From: Dipteris shenzhenensis
Taxonomy: Eukaryota
Length of the DNA: 64,000 nucleotides
Direction: 5' to 3' (one strand)
NCBI GenBank assembly: GCA_047967505.1
Contig: CM106538.1
Shown: positions 10,460 through 24,295 of the stretch, in pieces
Layout: the number at the start of each line of letters is the position of its first letter
Numbering within the stretch: position 1 is the stretch's first letter
Position numbers and translations under genes: made by a program
Notes under the pieces: model-generated
The model's database searches: none
Seen by the model: only the letters and a program-made list of their open reading frames with translations
Told to the model about the DNA's origin: nothing

Positions 10460-13110
10460 CAGACTGAGAGGATGACTCCAGCTGGTCTTGTAGCCTGAGA
10501 GGTAGTTTGGGATCACATTCTGGTAGCAGTCTCCCAAGATTTATGCAACAAGCTAGAAGAGCCTTTTACGGATGAGGAGCTTTGGGAAGCCCTTAAGGCT
10601 CTCCCGACCCAAAAGTGTCCTAGCGAGGATGGCTTGACTCCAGCCTTCTTCCAGAACTTCTAGGAGATTATCTCCACCCCTTTCCGACTAGCATGCTAGG
10701 AGATTTTCGACACGAGTCCTTGAGCAAGGGGTGGATTTGTTCGATCCTGAAAGGGGGACATAGGTCAATCATCTGACAATGGAGACTAATCACTCTGCTT
10801 GACACCTCATCCATGACACATAGACAGGGTTTGTTCAGGAGCGCATCATCCTAAACAACATCTTCACTTTTTGGGAGGCAGCGGATTGGTCCAGGGAGGA
10901 GTCATAGCGACTCGCCATCCTTCTCTTGGATTTTGAGAAGGCCTAGGATAGGGTGGAGTGATCCTTCCTGGAGGGCACTATGCAGCGATTGGGTTTCTCT
11001 GACAGATGGGTCAGAGGAGTTTCAACGCTCTATGCACAGAGCTCTAGCCAGATGCTTATCAGAGGAAACACAGGTGAGGCCTTTCCTCTCTCACATTTGG
11101 TCCACCAGGTCTGCCCACTCGCTCCCTTCCTCTTCTTGTTTGTGGCAAAGGCTTTGGGCTACTAGTTGAGATCATAAGCACAGAGGATGCATTGGGCAAC
11201 TTTGACGGTTGGTTCAAAAGAACTTGCTTTGGGTAGGATCAGATGGCATGTGGAACACTAGAGCACGGGTTGCTTGGGAAACGGCGGTGATCATGCCACA
11301 GACACTAGGCGGCTTGGGTATTATATGAACTAGAGATGCAGAGTAGAGCCCTTCAAGGCAAGTTGGTTGTTCATGGCCTCACTCTAGGTGTAGAGCCTTG
11401 GAAGCTCCTCTTACAGAGAGGGCTTCTGAGGAACACACCACGCACCAGAGGACAGTGGAGCAGCCTTCTCATAGGTGGAACTTCTCAGATGCTCCCCTTA
11501 TAGGGAAGGGTTCCCCTTTAATGCAAACCCTTCACAACGTCTGGCAGAGACTTGCAGGAGGTCTCATTCATGCTCCACCCAGATGCAGAGAGGAGTTTGA
11601 GTGTCAACCCCTTATGTCACACCCCGAGATCCGAGATCAAGAGGGCCATATGCTTGGACAACGAATGCACATTGGTTGGGCACAGTGGGATAGTGGCCCG
11701 ACCGGGTCTTTTGGTAGATGGAGTAGATTACCCATGGAGTCAGAGGTGAGGCAAGGCACCATAGCGCATCTGCAAGGAGCAGGGTAGTGGATGAGAGAGA
11801 TCAACCTAGCCATCCCTTGGCTGGGGCAGTTTTCTCAGACTGGTGTCCCTTTGAGGATGATGATGCAGTGAGGTAGCGCGCACCCCAACTTCTACCATGT
11901 AAGCTCTAGAGGCCTACTTCACCCGCTTGTTGAGAGGGACCCTGAGATGGATTGGATGATTAGAGTGGTGGGGCATTTGGGGAAGGAGTGGCACATTGAC
12001 CCTTCCAGTATTTTAGAGCAGGATGCCCCCATATGGCGCCTCTAGCTTTGGGAGGGTAGACCCTTGAGGGACCAGTGGGAGAGTGTTATGGCCCTCTAGA
12101 GGCGGCCTTGCTGAGCAGATGGATGAGATGCCTTTCTTCTCCTATACCACACGGATTGGCAGGAGGCTTTAGATGGACTCTTCGAGGTGGACCCCCTTGA
12201 GGGAGAGGCATTGGGTGACCTAGAGAGTGCCCTGGGTTGTCCACCATTCCTGGTTTTGGACATAGTTATGTTCCAATTTGCGACCGAGGAAGATATCCTA
12301 CTTCTTCTTGCTGGCCGCCCACGAAGGCTTGCCCATTGAATCATGTTTTGAGAAGATGCGAGTGGAGATGCATTGTCATTGTTACTCTAGTGGTTTCCTA
12401 GAGATGATTTCACACTGCATTTGGAGCTGTCGCAGAGTAGCAAAGATCTAGATGGGAGCCCTCAGGATCATGACCTACATGCAGAGTCTTCAGAGGGACT
12501 ACACATGAGGGATGGTGGCCTGGTTGATGGAGGGAGTCACATGTTCTAGATCTATGAGATCTCCCTAGCCTACCGGATATAAGGTCAGAGCATACAGAGG
12601 ATTGAGCTCCATGAGGTAGTCCCTCCTGATAGCTTAGCTCCTCTCTCTCCTCCAGAGGATAGTGTTTGGGAGGTGGTATCCAGTATCACTGCGTGGAACA
12701 TTTGGGTGGCTCATTGCAATCTCATGATGGGTGAGCATCAAGTTCCACCTAACTACCATAATCGCCATCTGGTAGGATATCATCTATACTCTACGCTCCA
12801 CCTAGGAGCGTGGGACTCCAAGCTCTTGAGTGACTATTGAGTGGCGTGCTTGATTCTACAAGGCTTGGCCTATAGGAGTCTTCTACATCTTCACTCTACG
12901 AGGTATTCACTAGTGTTATAGTCCCCCCACTTGGCTGTTAGCCCAAGTACCAGAGATTCCCTAGGCAGCGAGCTGGGTTTCTCTCGAACATGCCAGTTTT
13001 TCTTTTAGCCTTTTCTTAGTTTTCTTCCATACTCGCACCTTCAGGGCTGCTCTTTTGTATGAAGTCTTTCAAGAATTAATAGAAGGTTCCTTTCTTTGGG
13101 GAAAAAAAAA
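10460..13110 (+). mobile_element. L1-type LINE, 3' half (RT region to poly-A), degenerate
   Basis: EPFTDEELWEALKALPTQKCPSEDGLTPAFF, GFVQERII, LLLDFEKA and CPLAPFLF motifs; poly-A at 13102-13110 followed by TSD GATTGAAGCAAGTA. Confidence 0.9.
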
Positions 13111-13645
13111 GATTGAAGCAAGTATATCTAGGGCAAAGCACATGCAACAAGCTTAAAGTGCAAGTTCGCAGAGTTAGGGCTGAAAGAGGGATGATCTAGA
13201 TAGCCACATGGCATAGTTTGAAAACCGATGGCAGGCAAGTGGCTTCCACACCATGTTTGGGAATCTAGAAAAGTTGCAATAGCTTGCAAGTACCCTATTA
13301 TTTGGTCAGCCCGTATGAGGCCCGTATGGCCTAGCATAGTTTAGGGACTATGAGGAACTGAGGACAACTTTCCTACACAGGCCTCATAAGCAAAAGACAC
13401 TAAATGATATATGCAGGAAGTTGTGAGAGCTCTGTCAAAAGAAACTGATGGTGGAAGACTATGTACAAAATTTCAAAACCTCAACATTCGGTTGGATGTG
13501 GTAGAAAGACCACCATTGAGATGTTCGCGGAGTACTTTTGCAAGGGATTATGGAAAGAGATACGCAACCTAGTGAGCAGATTCAAGATCTCAGGCCCAAA
13601 TGGCTTTAATGATTTGGTGGAAGCCGCTAAAATAGTAGAACGATG
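13111..13645 (+). pseudogene. Ty3/gypsy-like gag remnant (LINE target; cut by copia-2)
   Basis: DDLDSHM..FENRWQAS and YFCKGLWKEIRNLV...FNDLVEAAKIVE retrotransposon-gag-like motifs. Confidence 0.6.
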
Positions 13646-14354
13646 TGCTAGATATCAATGCTCCACTCTCATGTAACTACACGGGAACCAGCTAACTCTA
13701 ATTGTAAGCCCCCCATATGAGTAGAAGGCATTTGAGTAGCTTGATTATCCAGTAGGTCCTGGTTTGGACACCTGATGGCTAGACAGCTTTAGATGGAGTT
13801 GGCACACCGCCAACTAGGCTGCATGCAAGTGCAAGAAGGCATCCCTTGACTAACCGCACTGAGGGTAGATGGAGCATTTCCCGGGGCAGCCCACTCTCGA
13901 GTTGCAGGGCCCGTTTGGAGCCTTAGATGATCCCAGATGGCTTTGGGCCGAACGGGGCCCTAGGTCAGTTGCTCTATTTTGCGCACCGGTTCTATCATAT
14001 GGTTGGTGGGCTATTTCGGGACCAACCCCCAGTCAACCATTTTGGGTGAACTAGGTCAGTCACCCAATTGAGCCTAACCCACTATGACTGGTGGCTATAT
14101 TAGAGCAAGCCTATAAAGCCCATTTCATCATTGGCTACAACAACCCTGATCCTTACCATCTAGCCTCCATCTTCTACTGTTTTCGGCATGCCATCGAAGC
14201 TTCTTTCACAGGAGCGCACGGTTGGGAGGCAGCGCCATCTATTGTATCAGTTCTACAGTAATCAAAATTTTGATTCTCCATACTATCTTGTTTTCTCTCT
14301 TGCATACAAGATCCTGTTATCTGTTGAGCACAGATGTTGTATTATTTTCTTACA
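13646..14354 (+). repeat. 5' LTR of copia-2
   Basis: TG...CA; homologous to 18469-19202 but lacks a ~21-bp segment. Confidence 0.93.
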
Positions 14355-14444
14355 TGGTATCAAAGCTTGGACTCTAGCAAGAAGATTTGGTAGTGTGTTT
14401 TTGTTTGCGAGCAGATTGTGAGAGTTGGCCTAGCCTGCAAGACT

Positions 14445-17400
14445 GCGAATCCCACCGTTCGGCAAAAGCGAAAAGTTGGACGGCTCTAACTATCCACTCT
14501 AGAAGTTTAAGATAAAGACCATCCTAAGCACATATTAGCTTTGGGACACTGCTACTGGGGTGGACGTGAGGCCAGTTGCGAGACCGGATCTAGCCAATGC
14601 AGGACAACAGATAGTACCAACTACGGATGAGATTCTCGTGTGGACAAGAAGAAATGCAGATGCACTGTGTTCTATTGTCTGCAATGTTAGTGATTCCATC
14701 ATGGTGTTAATTCAACATGTCACCATAGCGAAGGAGGCATGGATGGTCTTAAAAAATCAGTATAAGACCACGAATCAGACGCGGATTCAGAATCTAGAGA
14801 CTGAACTCGCGAACGAGAAGTTGTCTAAGTCTGAAGTGGCAGAGAAGTTCATCACCAGGGTGAAGAATCTATGCGATCAGATGACTGTAATTGGCATCAC
14901 CATCACCAACAAGAATCTAGCACGAAGGTGCATACGGATTCTCCCACCAAAGTACGACGGTCTTGTTATGGCACTAAATATGCAAAATAGAAATATGCCC
15001 CTCAACTTTGAGGATTTCAGCATGATGCTTCTAGAGGAGGAGATGCATCAAAAGACAAGGACTGGAGAAGATTCGGCTTTCTAGACCGGATCAAAGAAAG
15101 GTAAGGGTAAGGGCTCTGGTAACCCATCTTCTTTTGATGATAAAAAGAGAAAGAAGAAGATCAAGTGCTTCTATTGCAACAAGGTAGGGCACAAGAAGAA
15201 TGAGTGCCAAAAGAAGATTGCAGATGAGAAGAATGGAGTAAAGAAAGAGTCCAGCAATAGCACCTAGGCAGTACCAGTAGAGCTATTCATTGCAATTGAG
15301 GAGATTTGCACGGAGGCAGTTCATGTACCTGTGGATGAACCATGGATCATTGACAGTGGTGCATCATGCCACATGACCAGTCAGAAGGATTGGTATACCT
15401 ATCTATAGCCGGTAGGGAATGACATCCTAGTAGCAGTCGGCAATGATGCAAAATTTCCAGCAAAAGGAAAAGGTACGATTGCTCTCAAGTCTAATGGAGT
15501 TGTAAAACAATTGTCTGATGTTCTTTATGTGCCACATATCAAGAGGAACTTATTGTCCGTTTCCGCGATCACAGATCAGGACCTCAAAGTTCAATTTGAT
15601 AAGAATGGTGCAGAGATTCTGGATCTTCAAGGGAAGGTCATTGGTAATGGTACACTGCACAACAACATTTACAAACTCTCAGCTTTCAGTGCTCGAGTGG
15701 ATGTGCTCGAGTGGATGTGAAGAACACTAAGCTGTGGCATGAGAGGTTTGGCCATCTAAACCTTAGTTCTTTGAAGGAGATGCATAAAAGTGGAATGATT
15801 GCAGACCTACCAGAAATTTTAGATTTGCTCGATGTATGTGAAGCTTGCATGATGGGCAAGCAGCATCGGTAGCCCTTTCCTAAAGAGGCTAGCAGGGCAA
15901 AGGCTCCTCTAGAGCTCATTCACACGGACCTCTGTGGAAAGATGGAGATGGAAGCTTTGGGTAGTTCCTATGACTTCATGACACTGATCGACGACTACAG
16001 TAGAAGGATATGGATATACTTCCTGAAGACTAAAGACGAGGCTTTTAGTAGGTTCAAGGGATGGCATATAATGGTCGAGAAAGAAACGGGGAGGAAGGTG
16101 AAGAAGTTGAGATCAGATAGAGGTGGAGAGTTCACATCAACTAAATTCAAAAGTTACTGCAAAAGTCATGGAATCAAGAGGCAGAAACCCTTGCCACATA
16201 CATAACAGCAAAATGGAGTAGCAGAATGCAAGATGCGCATCATTTGCGAAATGGGCCGGAGTATGATGAAAGGGAAAGATTTGCCAAAGAATTTCTAGGC
16301 TGAAGCATGTAACACTGCAGTTTACATCCTGAATCGTAGCTACATAGAGGTTGTGAATGGGATGACTCCACTGCAAGTCTTTTCTAGTAAGAAACCTTCA
16401 GCTGCACATTTCAGAGTTTTTGGATGTGACTATTTTGTGCATGTCCCTGATGCTACCAGGAGCAAATGGGAACCAAAGTGCAAGGAGTGTATTTTCTTGG
16501 GCTACAGTGAAGAGGCAAAGGGTTACCATCTCTATAACCCTGTTACCAAGAAGGTAATTGTAAGTCGCGATGTGGTCTTTTGAGAATAGCCACATCAATT
16601 GGAGGAGGATACTTCCTTCCTAGACAACTAAGACTAGGATATCCATCCAGTACTGCCACCAATAGTAGACCGAACTCCCCCAACGGTGCTTGTGAGGATT
16701 CAAGACAAAGAAGATGAAGAAGAACCTGTAGAACCACAATGGCAACGGCCATTCTCAAAGTGGGTAAAGCAGCTTTTGGATGGCAAAGAACCTCTAGCCA
16801 TTGAGGAGGAACCATTCGAACACCGCTGGTCCAAGAGATTAGAGGAGCAAAGAAGGGCGCAGGAACACTTGGTCAACTATGTTTTGATGAAAGAAGTGAT
16901 CTATGTTGATGAACCCAAGTGTCTTGAAGAGGCACAGGGCGATGATAGGTGGATGGAGGCTATGCAGTCGAAGTATGGCTCCATAATGAAGAACAACACT
17001 TGGGACCTTGTGGATTGACCACCAAAACACAAGGTAATCGGAACGAAGTGTGTGTACAAGACCAAGTACAAGTCCAATAGCACGTTGGATAAGTACAAGG
17101 CTCAGCTCATGGCAAAAGGATTTGCACAGGTACATGGTTTTGATTATCAACATACTTTTGCTCCCACAGCTTGACTAACCACCACAATTCGTAGTGTTTT
17201 GGCTTTAGTTGCCTAGGAAAGTTGGCCCGTGTTTCAGATGGATGTGAAATCCGCCTTTCTGAATGGAGATCTAAAGGAGGAGGTATACGTGGAACAACCA
17301 CCAGGTTTGGAGATCCTTGGTTCAGAAGGTAAAATCTGCAAACTGAAGAAGGCACTTTACGGGCTGAAGCAGGCCCCATGAGCATGGTACCATTGAATTG

Positions 17401-18438
17401 ATGCCTACTTTCTGCAAAATGGCTTCAAGAAGAGCTCATCTGATGCAAATTTGTATATCTTTAGAGAAGGAGGCAGGTGTATGATCGTGGTCCTTTATGT
17501 GGACGACCTTGTCACAACAGGAAACCATGAAGAGCAGATCTCGGAGACGAAGCATTTGCTAGGAAGAGAGTTTGAAATGATAGACCTCGGACTGATGCAT
17601 TTCTATTTGGGGATTGAAGTTTGGCAGGAGTCAAAACAGATCTTCATTTCATAGCTGAAATATGCTAGAAAGATATAGAAGGCATTTGGCATGGCTAAGT
17701 GCAAGACAGTTGGTACCCCTATGGAGGTTGACACGAAGATCTCAAACGAGGATTCATCACCACTGGTGGATGAAGCGAAGTATAGAAGGCTTGTGGACAG
17801 CTTGATTTACCTGTGCAACACACGGCCGGACATCAGTTTTGCGATTGGTATACTAAGTAGGTTTTCCAATAAGCCCCGAGAGAACCATTGGAGGGCAGGG
17901 ATGCAGGTGCTGAAATACATCAAAGGCACACTTAATTATGGCATCACCTATACCAAGGGCAACATCTTGACCGGATTCTGTGACTCGGATTGGGCAAGAG
18001 ACATGGATAGCATGAGATCAGTGACAGGGTATTGTTTCTCACTTGGATCTGGAGTTGTGTCATGGGTCAGCAAGAAGCAACCCATAGTTGCCCTTTCTTC
18101 TACTGAGGCCGAGTACAAATCTGCATGCTTTGCTTCTTGCGAGGCAGTGTGGTTGAGGAGGATTTTGGGGGACATGGGTGCAGTGCAAAAACAAGCCTAC
18201 ATAGTTATCATGTGACAATCAGAGTTGCATGGTGATTGCAAAGAACCCAGTGTTCCATGCTCACACAAAACACATTGAGATTCAATATCACTTTGTACAT
18301 GAGCTCATCATGGATGGAGAGGTTGACATGGTGTACTCTCCGACTATAGAGAATGCTATGGACATCTTCACAAAGGCTCTTGGAAGAGACTTGCTAGAGA
18401 GGCATCTTCATCGACTTGGAATTGGGCTAAAAAAGTAA
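14445..18438 (+). pseudogene. copia-2 gag-pol pseudogene
   Basis: Fragmented ORFs 14560-15084, 15511-15720, 15942-16205, 16353-16583, 17451-17654, 17691-18215 and 18229-18438 in copia order. Confidence 0.92.
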
Positions 18439-18468
18439 GTTCACTTGCGGGTGGACATTGAGGGGGGG

Positions 18469-19202
18469 TGTTAGATATCAATGCTCCACTCTCGTGTAAC
18501 TATGTGGGAACTAGCTAACTCTACTTGTAATCCCCTCATATGAGGAGAAGGCATTTGAGTAGCTTGGTTATCCGGTAGGTCCTGGTTTGAACACCCGATG
18601 GGGGCCATGTGTGGCCTGATGGCTGGACGGCTTCAAATAGAGTTGGCACCCTGCCAACTAGGCTACATGCAAGTGTGGGAAGGCATCCCTTGACTGACCG
18701 CACTGAGGGTAGATGGAGCATTTCCCAGGGCAGCCCACTCTTAGGTTGCGAGGCCCGTTTGGAGCCTCAGATGATCCCGGATGGCTCTAGGCCAAATGGG
18801 GCCATAGGTCAGTTGCTTTGTTTTGCGCACCGGTTCTATCGTATGGTCGATGGCCTATTTTAGGACTGCTGACCCCCAGTCGATCATTTTAGGTGAACTG
18901 GGTCGATCACCCAATTGAGCCTAACCGACTATGACTGGTGGCTATATAAGAGCAAGCCTGTGAAGCCCATTTCATCACTGGATATAGCAACCCTAATTCC
19001 TGAGCATCCAGCCTCCGTCTTCTACTGTTTCCAACATGCCATCGAAGCTTCTTTCACAGGAGTGCACGGTTGGGAGGCAGCGCCATCTATTGTATCAGTT
19101 CTACAGTAATCAAATTTTTGATTCTCCATACTATCTTGTTTTCTCTCTTGCGTACGAGATCCTGTTATCTGTTGAGCACAGACATTGTATTATTTTCTTA
19201 CA
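18469..19202 (+). repeat. 3' LTR of copia-2
   Basis: TGTTAGATATC...TTACA after the polypurine tract. Confidence 0.93.
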
Positions 19203-19233
19203 ATTTGGTGGAATGGGACGGTTGGGAGGAAAC

Positions 19234-19706
19234 ATAGATCTCAAAAAAACAAAGATTTTGATATTAGTTTCATTCAAAACAGAGCTTGGAACAGAAAGTT
19301 ATGACGGTTTTACAAAAGGTTCTCAAAACTGCTCCAAACAATAGACCCAACCACTCAGACAACAATAACTTTAATTCTACTAAATGGAACAAATATCTAA
19401 ATACATCAATAGATAGATATTGAAGAAAAAAATATTTTGATATAAGTTTCATTCAAAACAGAGCTCGAAGTAGAAAGTTATGACCATTTTACGGAAGACT
19501 GTCAAAACTATCCATAAATTGCTTCAAACAACAAACCCGACCACTCAGACAACAATAACTTTTATTCTACTAAATGGAACAAATATCTGAATACATCAAT
19601 AGATAGATCTTGAAGAGATAAAGATTTTGATATAAGTTTCATTCAAAACAGAGCTCGGAGTAGAAAGTTATGACCATTTTACGAAAGACTAGCAAAACTG
19701 TCCATA
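19234..19706. repeat. ~180-190 bp tandem repeat, about 2.5 copies
   Basis: gtttcattcaaaacagagct...gaaagttatgac recurs at 19267, 19446 and 19636. Confidence 0.9.
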
Positions 19707-20538
19707 CTCGACTACAGTTATGGAAAGGGCAACGATCTCCTTTAGTAGAGAAGTAGCTTCCCAGATACATGGCAAATTGAGGTCGCCCAGGGGAGTAGAG
19801 AATACCCTTAACATAGATCTAGAAATGACTCACTCATATGGGTACACTAAGCTTTAGAGCGAGGAGAGAGGAGATTGAAGAAGGATGAGGAAAAGGAAGC
19901 ATGAACTTTATTCAAAACATCAAAAGCAAGAAGATGGGTACAAAGTGAGAGCCTAATGCTATAGGGAGAAGGGAAAAGATAGGCAAAGCTAGATACAAGT
20001 GATGGCATAACTATGAAGGGAAGAACCAAATGCTGGAGAGGGAGGAGAGAGGTCTCTTTTATAGAGCAATTCTCACCCTCCTTCACCTTGTTACATTTTT
20101 AGCCAGTAGATTCCTTCACCCCCTGGTGACATAAGGACATGGGTCACCATCAAATGTCCTTTTGGGCACATTTTCACAAGTGTCCCATCACAAGATCATC
20201 ATGACTTTTAAAATTTTGAGAAAGTCAAGAGTCTTTCCCCTTGGAGCCCATAGGGACCCTCTCTTTTCCATATGTCAACATCCTCCATATACCACCTTGG
20301 AATTCTAGAAGGATTCCTCTTGACTTTACACTTTTCCACACTCCTCCACATGCCCTCCATGTGGTTGGCATGTGATCTCCATATTATTTTAGTACATTAT
20401 GGAGGCCATGCAGTCATCTAGCCCACTCAAAATACATGACTCATTTCTATTTTCCCAATTACAAAGCAAATAATATATCTCCCAAACCATTCTATCCCTA
20501 TACCAAGGTATTCATAATTCATACCTGTGGTATTTACA
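19707..20538 (-). mobile_element. Possible gypsy LTR remnant
   Basis: Minus strand starts TGTAAATACC at 20538, with a TATA-like CTATAAAA then a CT-rich tract; no partner LTR seen. Confidence 0.3.
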
Positions 20539-20809
20539 ATGATGCACTCCACTCATAATCACATTTGCAATCATTTTCACTAATTAGTCTAATTAGTGTC
20601 AAATCCAAATTAATGATTATATGAAATAAAGTAGTCAACATCAAAATATTGACAAGCCACAATGAGAGTAGCCGCAAAGAGTCATCTCTCGCCACCAACT
20701 TCTTCATCACGCTTCTTGGTTCTTTGTCTCCATGGCTAGCTTTTGTCACCATGCGTGCCCCACAAATCCTCCCACAGGTTTCAAAACAAAATATCATTTT
20801 TTGTTGTCA

Positions 20810-21024
20810 TAGTGCCATGGGTACTGCATACCCAATGGCTTTTTGAGCCTTCTTGATTCCATCAAGACATATCTCCTTTGGCTCACTCTTTTCTTCTTGT
20901 TCCTTGCTAGCATATGCATAGGATTCCCCTTCATTGAGGATTTTGATCTTGATGGAGCTGTGGCAGCCCTTGCAATGTCAGGACCCTTGCCTTTCTTCCA
21001 GGCTATTGCTTTGGTTCTTGCCAT
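20810..21024 (-). pseudogene. Second histone-H3-like remnant (N-tail plus alphaN region only)
   Basis: MARTKAIA(W/R)KKGKGP...KKKRVSQRRYVLME-(fs)-IKKAQKAIGYAVPMAL*, compare H3 MARTKQTARKS...[31 protein letters not shown]. Confidence 0.55.
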
Positions 21025-21050
21025 ACTCTATTGTTGTCTTCTCCTAAACA

Positions 21051-21432
21051 GAATTCCAAACATAACAAAGAAATAAGCCACCCAAGAGTTTTCTTGAAAA
21101 TGTGATTTGGAGCAAAGATTTAAGCACACTGTTAAAATCATGTTTTTCAGCAAATATATATGCAGCCAACTCCAGCAACACACTCCACTAGTATACTCCT
21201 AATTTTGATGTATCAAACTCTAGAGTGCAGATGTTTTCTGTGCTAAGATGAATCCAAACATAACAAGAAATACTCCATGCAAACATTTTCTAGAAAACGT
21301 GATTTGGAGCAAAGATATGAAGAAAGTGCTGAAATCGCATTTTAGAGAAAATTTCTTTGGAGCATACTCTAATCAATCAATTTGATGTAGCATCCTCCTA
21401 AATTTGATGTAGCAAACTCTAGAATGCAGATG
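21051..21432. repeat. ~198-bp tandem duplication, 2 diverged copies
   Basis: ccaaacataaca..gaaat, gtgatttggagcaaagat and caaactctaga.tgcagatg each occur twice about 198 bp apart. Confidence 0.8.
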
Positions 21433-22294
21433 AGATGTGCATAATAGAAACAACTCATATAGTGTCTTTGAGAGAAAGTTAGAGAATGGCCATTTCACCT
21501 TAACAACAGGCAGAAAACAATGATGGGTGATAGATTGCTCACCTAGGCTTGTGTCTCCTGATGACAGATAGATATAGGTGATGGTTTAGATGAGGCTAGT
21601 GAGGTTGGAGCTAGAGTTGCAATGGGTGATGGAGCTGGTGAGGTTAGAGCTATGGAGCTGTAGTGGGTCTGATGGAGGTGGTGAGGTGGTAAGGTTGGAG
21701 GTAACTGAAACTAGAGATAGAGTTGAAAAGAAAAAAGTAACTCTACTTAGTGGTGGTTTGGTCTCAAAATGTGTGCAAGCAATGAGTAGCACTTGAATGG
21801 ACGCATACCTAGAAGACCGTTTTTGATAGAATTTGCACTATATACAAGGGCAATTGCAGGATACTTGAAGAGTCAATTGCATTTGCCATGTATGTACACT
21901 ATGCTGATGGGTCAGTTGAGGACACAAAGGATAGTGATGAGGAAGAGGAAACAAAAGATAAGTTGGATCTAACAGATGCCGAAGAGATCAACCCGAAAGA
22001 GGAGGAGCTTGTAGTCGCAGCATTGGATCTAGTGGCCTTAAAAAATGAGACAGTAAGAGATGTTGTCATAGTGAATGACATGAGGTTGAAAGCTCTTACC
22101 TCAATGTGCCTATTCTTCCCTCTCTCAATATTGAGGGAAAAGAGTATGTCCTGTTGTATGACATACAATGCCTCTTAAATTTGAGAGAGGATTATGCAAT
22201 TGCCCTTATTGCACAATCTTGCAAGGTCAACAAGGAAGTAAGGATTGATGTGACAATCCTTTGTTAGAGCTAGAGGACAAATTCAATCCTTTGA

Positions 22295-24148
22295 TAGAAT
22301 ACATTATGAATGGAAAATTGCAGCAAGGCAATTATGCATCTTCTAGTAGACAGGGCAATGACAGAAATGAGCATCTATTTATGGTGCAACATATGATTAA
22401 TTCTGTGACAAGTGCAGAAGAACAAAATAATGTGTGGTATGTTGACTCAGGTGCGTCAAACCACATGACAGGTCATGCAGAATGGATGCAGGATGCAAGG
22501 AAAATGGAAAAGCCAGGATTTGTGGAGACTGGTGATGATACTACACATCCTATTGTGCAGATTGGTAAAATTCCTTTGTCTATGCAGGATGGGAAAAAGA
22601 AATACCTGTCCGATGTATTTCATGTCCCGAACATCACCAAGAACCTGGTTTCTGTTGGTCAAATGGTTGAGTAGGGCTTGCAAGTCAGATTTAATCCTCA
22701 TGGATGCTTTGTTGAGGATATGAAAAATAACGGTCGCTTGATAGCAAAAGGAAAGAAGAAGGGCATTATGTTTACATTGGATGCAGACATGCCTGAATTG
22801 AGTGTAGCAATGTTTGCACATGGGACCCATGTAGTTGCAGATATTGATATCTGGCACAAACGCATTGGTCATGTTAATATACAGCGACTTAAATCAATGC
22901 AAGCACAAATATTGTTGCAGGATTGCCTAAATTCAAGGTTGCACAAATGCACAAGGCTTGTGAAGCCCTTCAATTTAGGAAATAGGCAAGGAAACCTTTT
23001 CCTAGGCATGTTCAAGAGAGTAAAAAGCCATTGGAATTAATCCACTTTGATGTGTGGACTACTAAAGCTGCATCTATTGGAGGCTGTCACTATTTTGTCA
23101 CATTTATTGATGACTTCAGCAGAAAACTTTGGGTGTATTTTATGAAAAAGAAAAGTGAAGTGTTGGGCACTTCAAAGCTTTTAAAGCTATGGTTGAAAAA
23201 GAAACAGGCCTGCAAATAAAATGCCTAAGGTCAGATGGAGGGGGAGAGTACCTCTCAAATGAGTTTGCAAGGTTCTTGCAGGAGCATGGTATAAAGTAGC
23301 AATATTCATGCAGTCATACCCCACAGCAAAATGGAATTGCAGAAAGGAAAAACAGGCATATTGGAGAGGTATCTCGGGCCATGCTAAATGAAAAAGATCT
23401 ACCAGATAATTATTGGGCTCAAGCAGTTGCTACAGTAGTTTATATAATGAACAGGACTCCCACTGCAGCAATACATGGCATGACACTAGAGGAGATGTAT
23501 ACTGGTAGGAAACCATACATTTCTCATTTGAAAATTTTTGGTTGCATTGCCTATGTTCATGTGCCAGATGAGTTGAGGTCCAAGTTGGATCCAAAAGCTG
23601 AGAAGTGCATCTTTATTGGTTTTCTCTGCAGCAGAAAGGGCGGGAGAAGGTTTTACTAGGTCTTATTGATCTAGTTTATGTCAGCACAGAGGATCAGGTA
23701 GCTGACATAATCACGAAAGCATTGGGCACAGAGAAGCTACGCAAGTTCAGAGACCTACTTGGTGTGCAAGAATTGGGATTGAGCTCGAGGGGGAGTGTTG
23801 AGATATCGAGCTCCACTCATGATATGCCAGGGTGACCGTTGTGCATTTATGTCACCGACTTGTTAGCTGCAGATGCGGTTGGTACACTGCCCACGAATAA
23901 TAGCTGGATGACAGCTATCCTTATCTACTCTAGTTTGTGGCTCAGTTAGTATGCCACCTTAGTTAGTTGAGTTTGGTTTGAGACCCATATATAGGGTTCT
24001 TCTATTTTCTTTGTACTTGAGTTCCTTTGGCTTTCACAACTAAGAAGAGGAAAACTATTTTCAGCCTCCACCTTTGTGTGTATTCCCCCATTGTGTATGT
24101 GAGAAAGCTGCAAGTGAGACTCCTTCCCTCTCTCCCACTATCTTCACA
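22295..24148 (+). mobile_element. Truncated copia of the copia-4 family: protease-integrase joined by a ~1.9-kb deletion to the RNase H end, PPT and 3' LTR (23796-24148)
   Basis: Highly similar to 51065-51960 and 53903-54413; deletion junction near 23640; flank after the LTR is GAGAT. Confidence 0.92.
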
Positions 24149-24295
24149 GAGATGGGTATCTCCTTGTTTAACGATGATGTGCTCAAGAAAGATGAGAATA
24201 TTGAGATAAAGCACCTACCTTTCTTGAATTTGGAGTTTAGATATGCAATTTAATGGTTTGTTTTTTTGTAATTTGTGTATGTTTCGTGTATGGCA

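Larger units (their letters stand above)
13646..19202 (+). mobile_element. Ty1/copia LTR retrotransposon (copia-2), full length, degenerate, no matching TSD
   Basis: LTRs 13646-14354 and 18469-19202, PBS TGGTATCAAAGC 14355-14366, PPT GAGGGGGGG before 18469; gag, CCHC, DSGA, integrase, YVDDL and RNase H with many stops; flanks CGATG / ATTTG. Confidence 0.96.

Noticed and set aside
19234-19706. Centromeric ~180-bp satellite
   Set aside because: Only ~2.5 copies of unequal length within TE-like sequence
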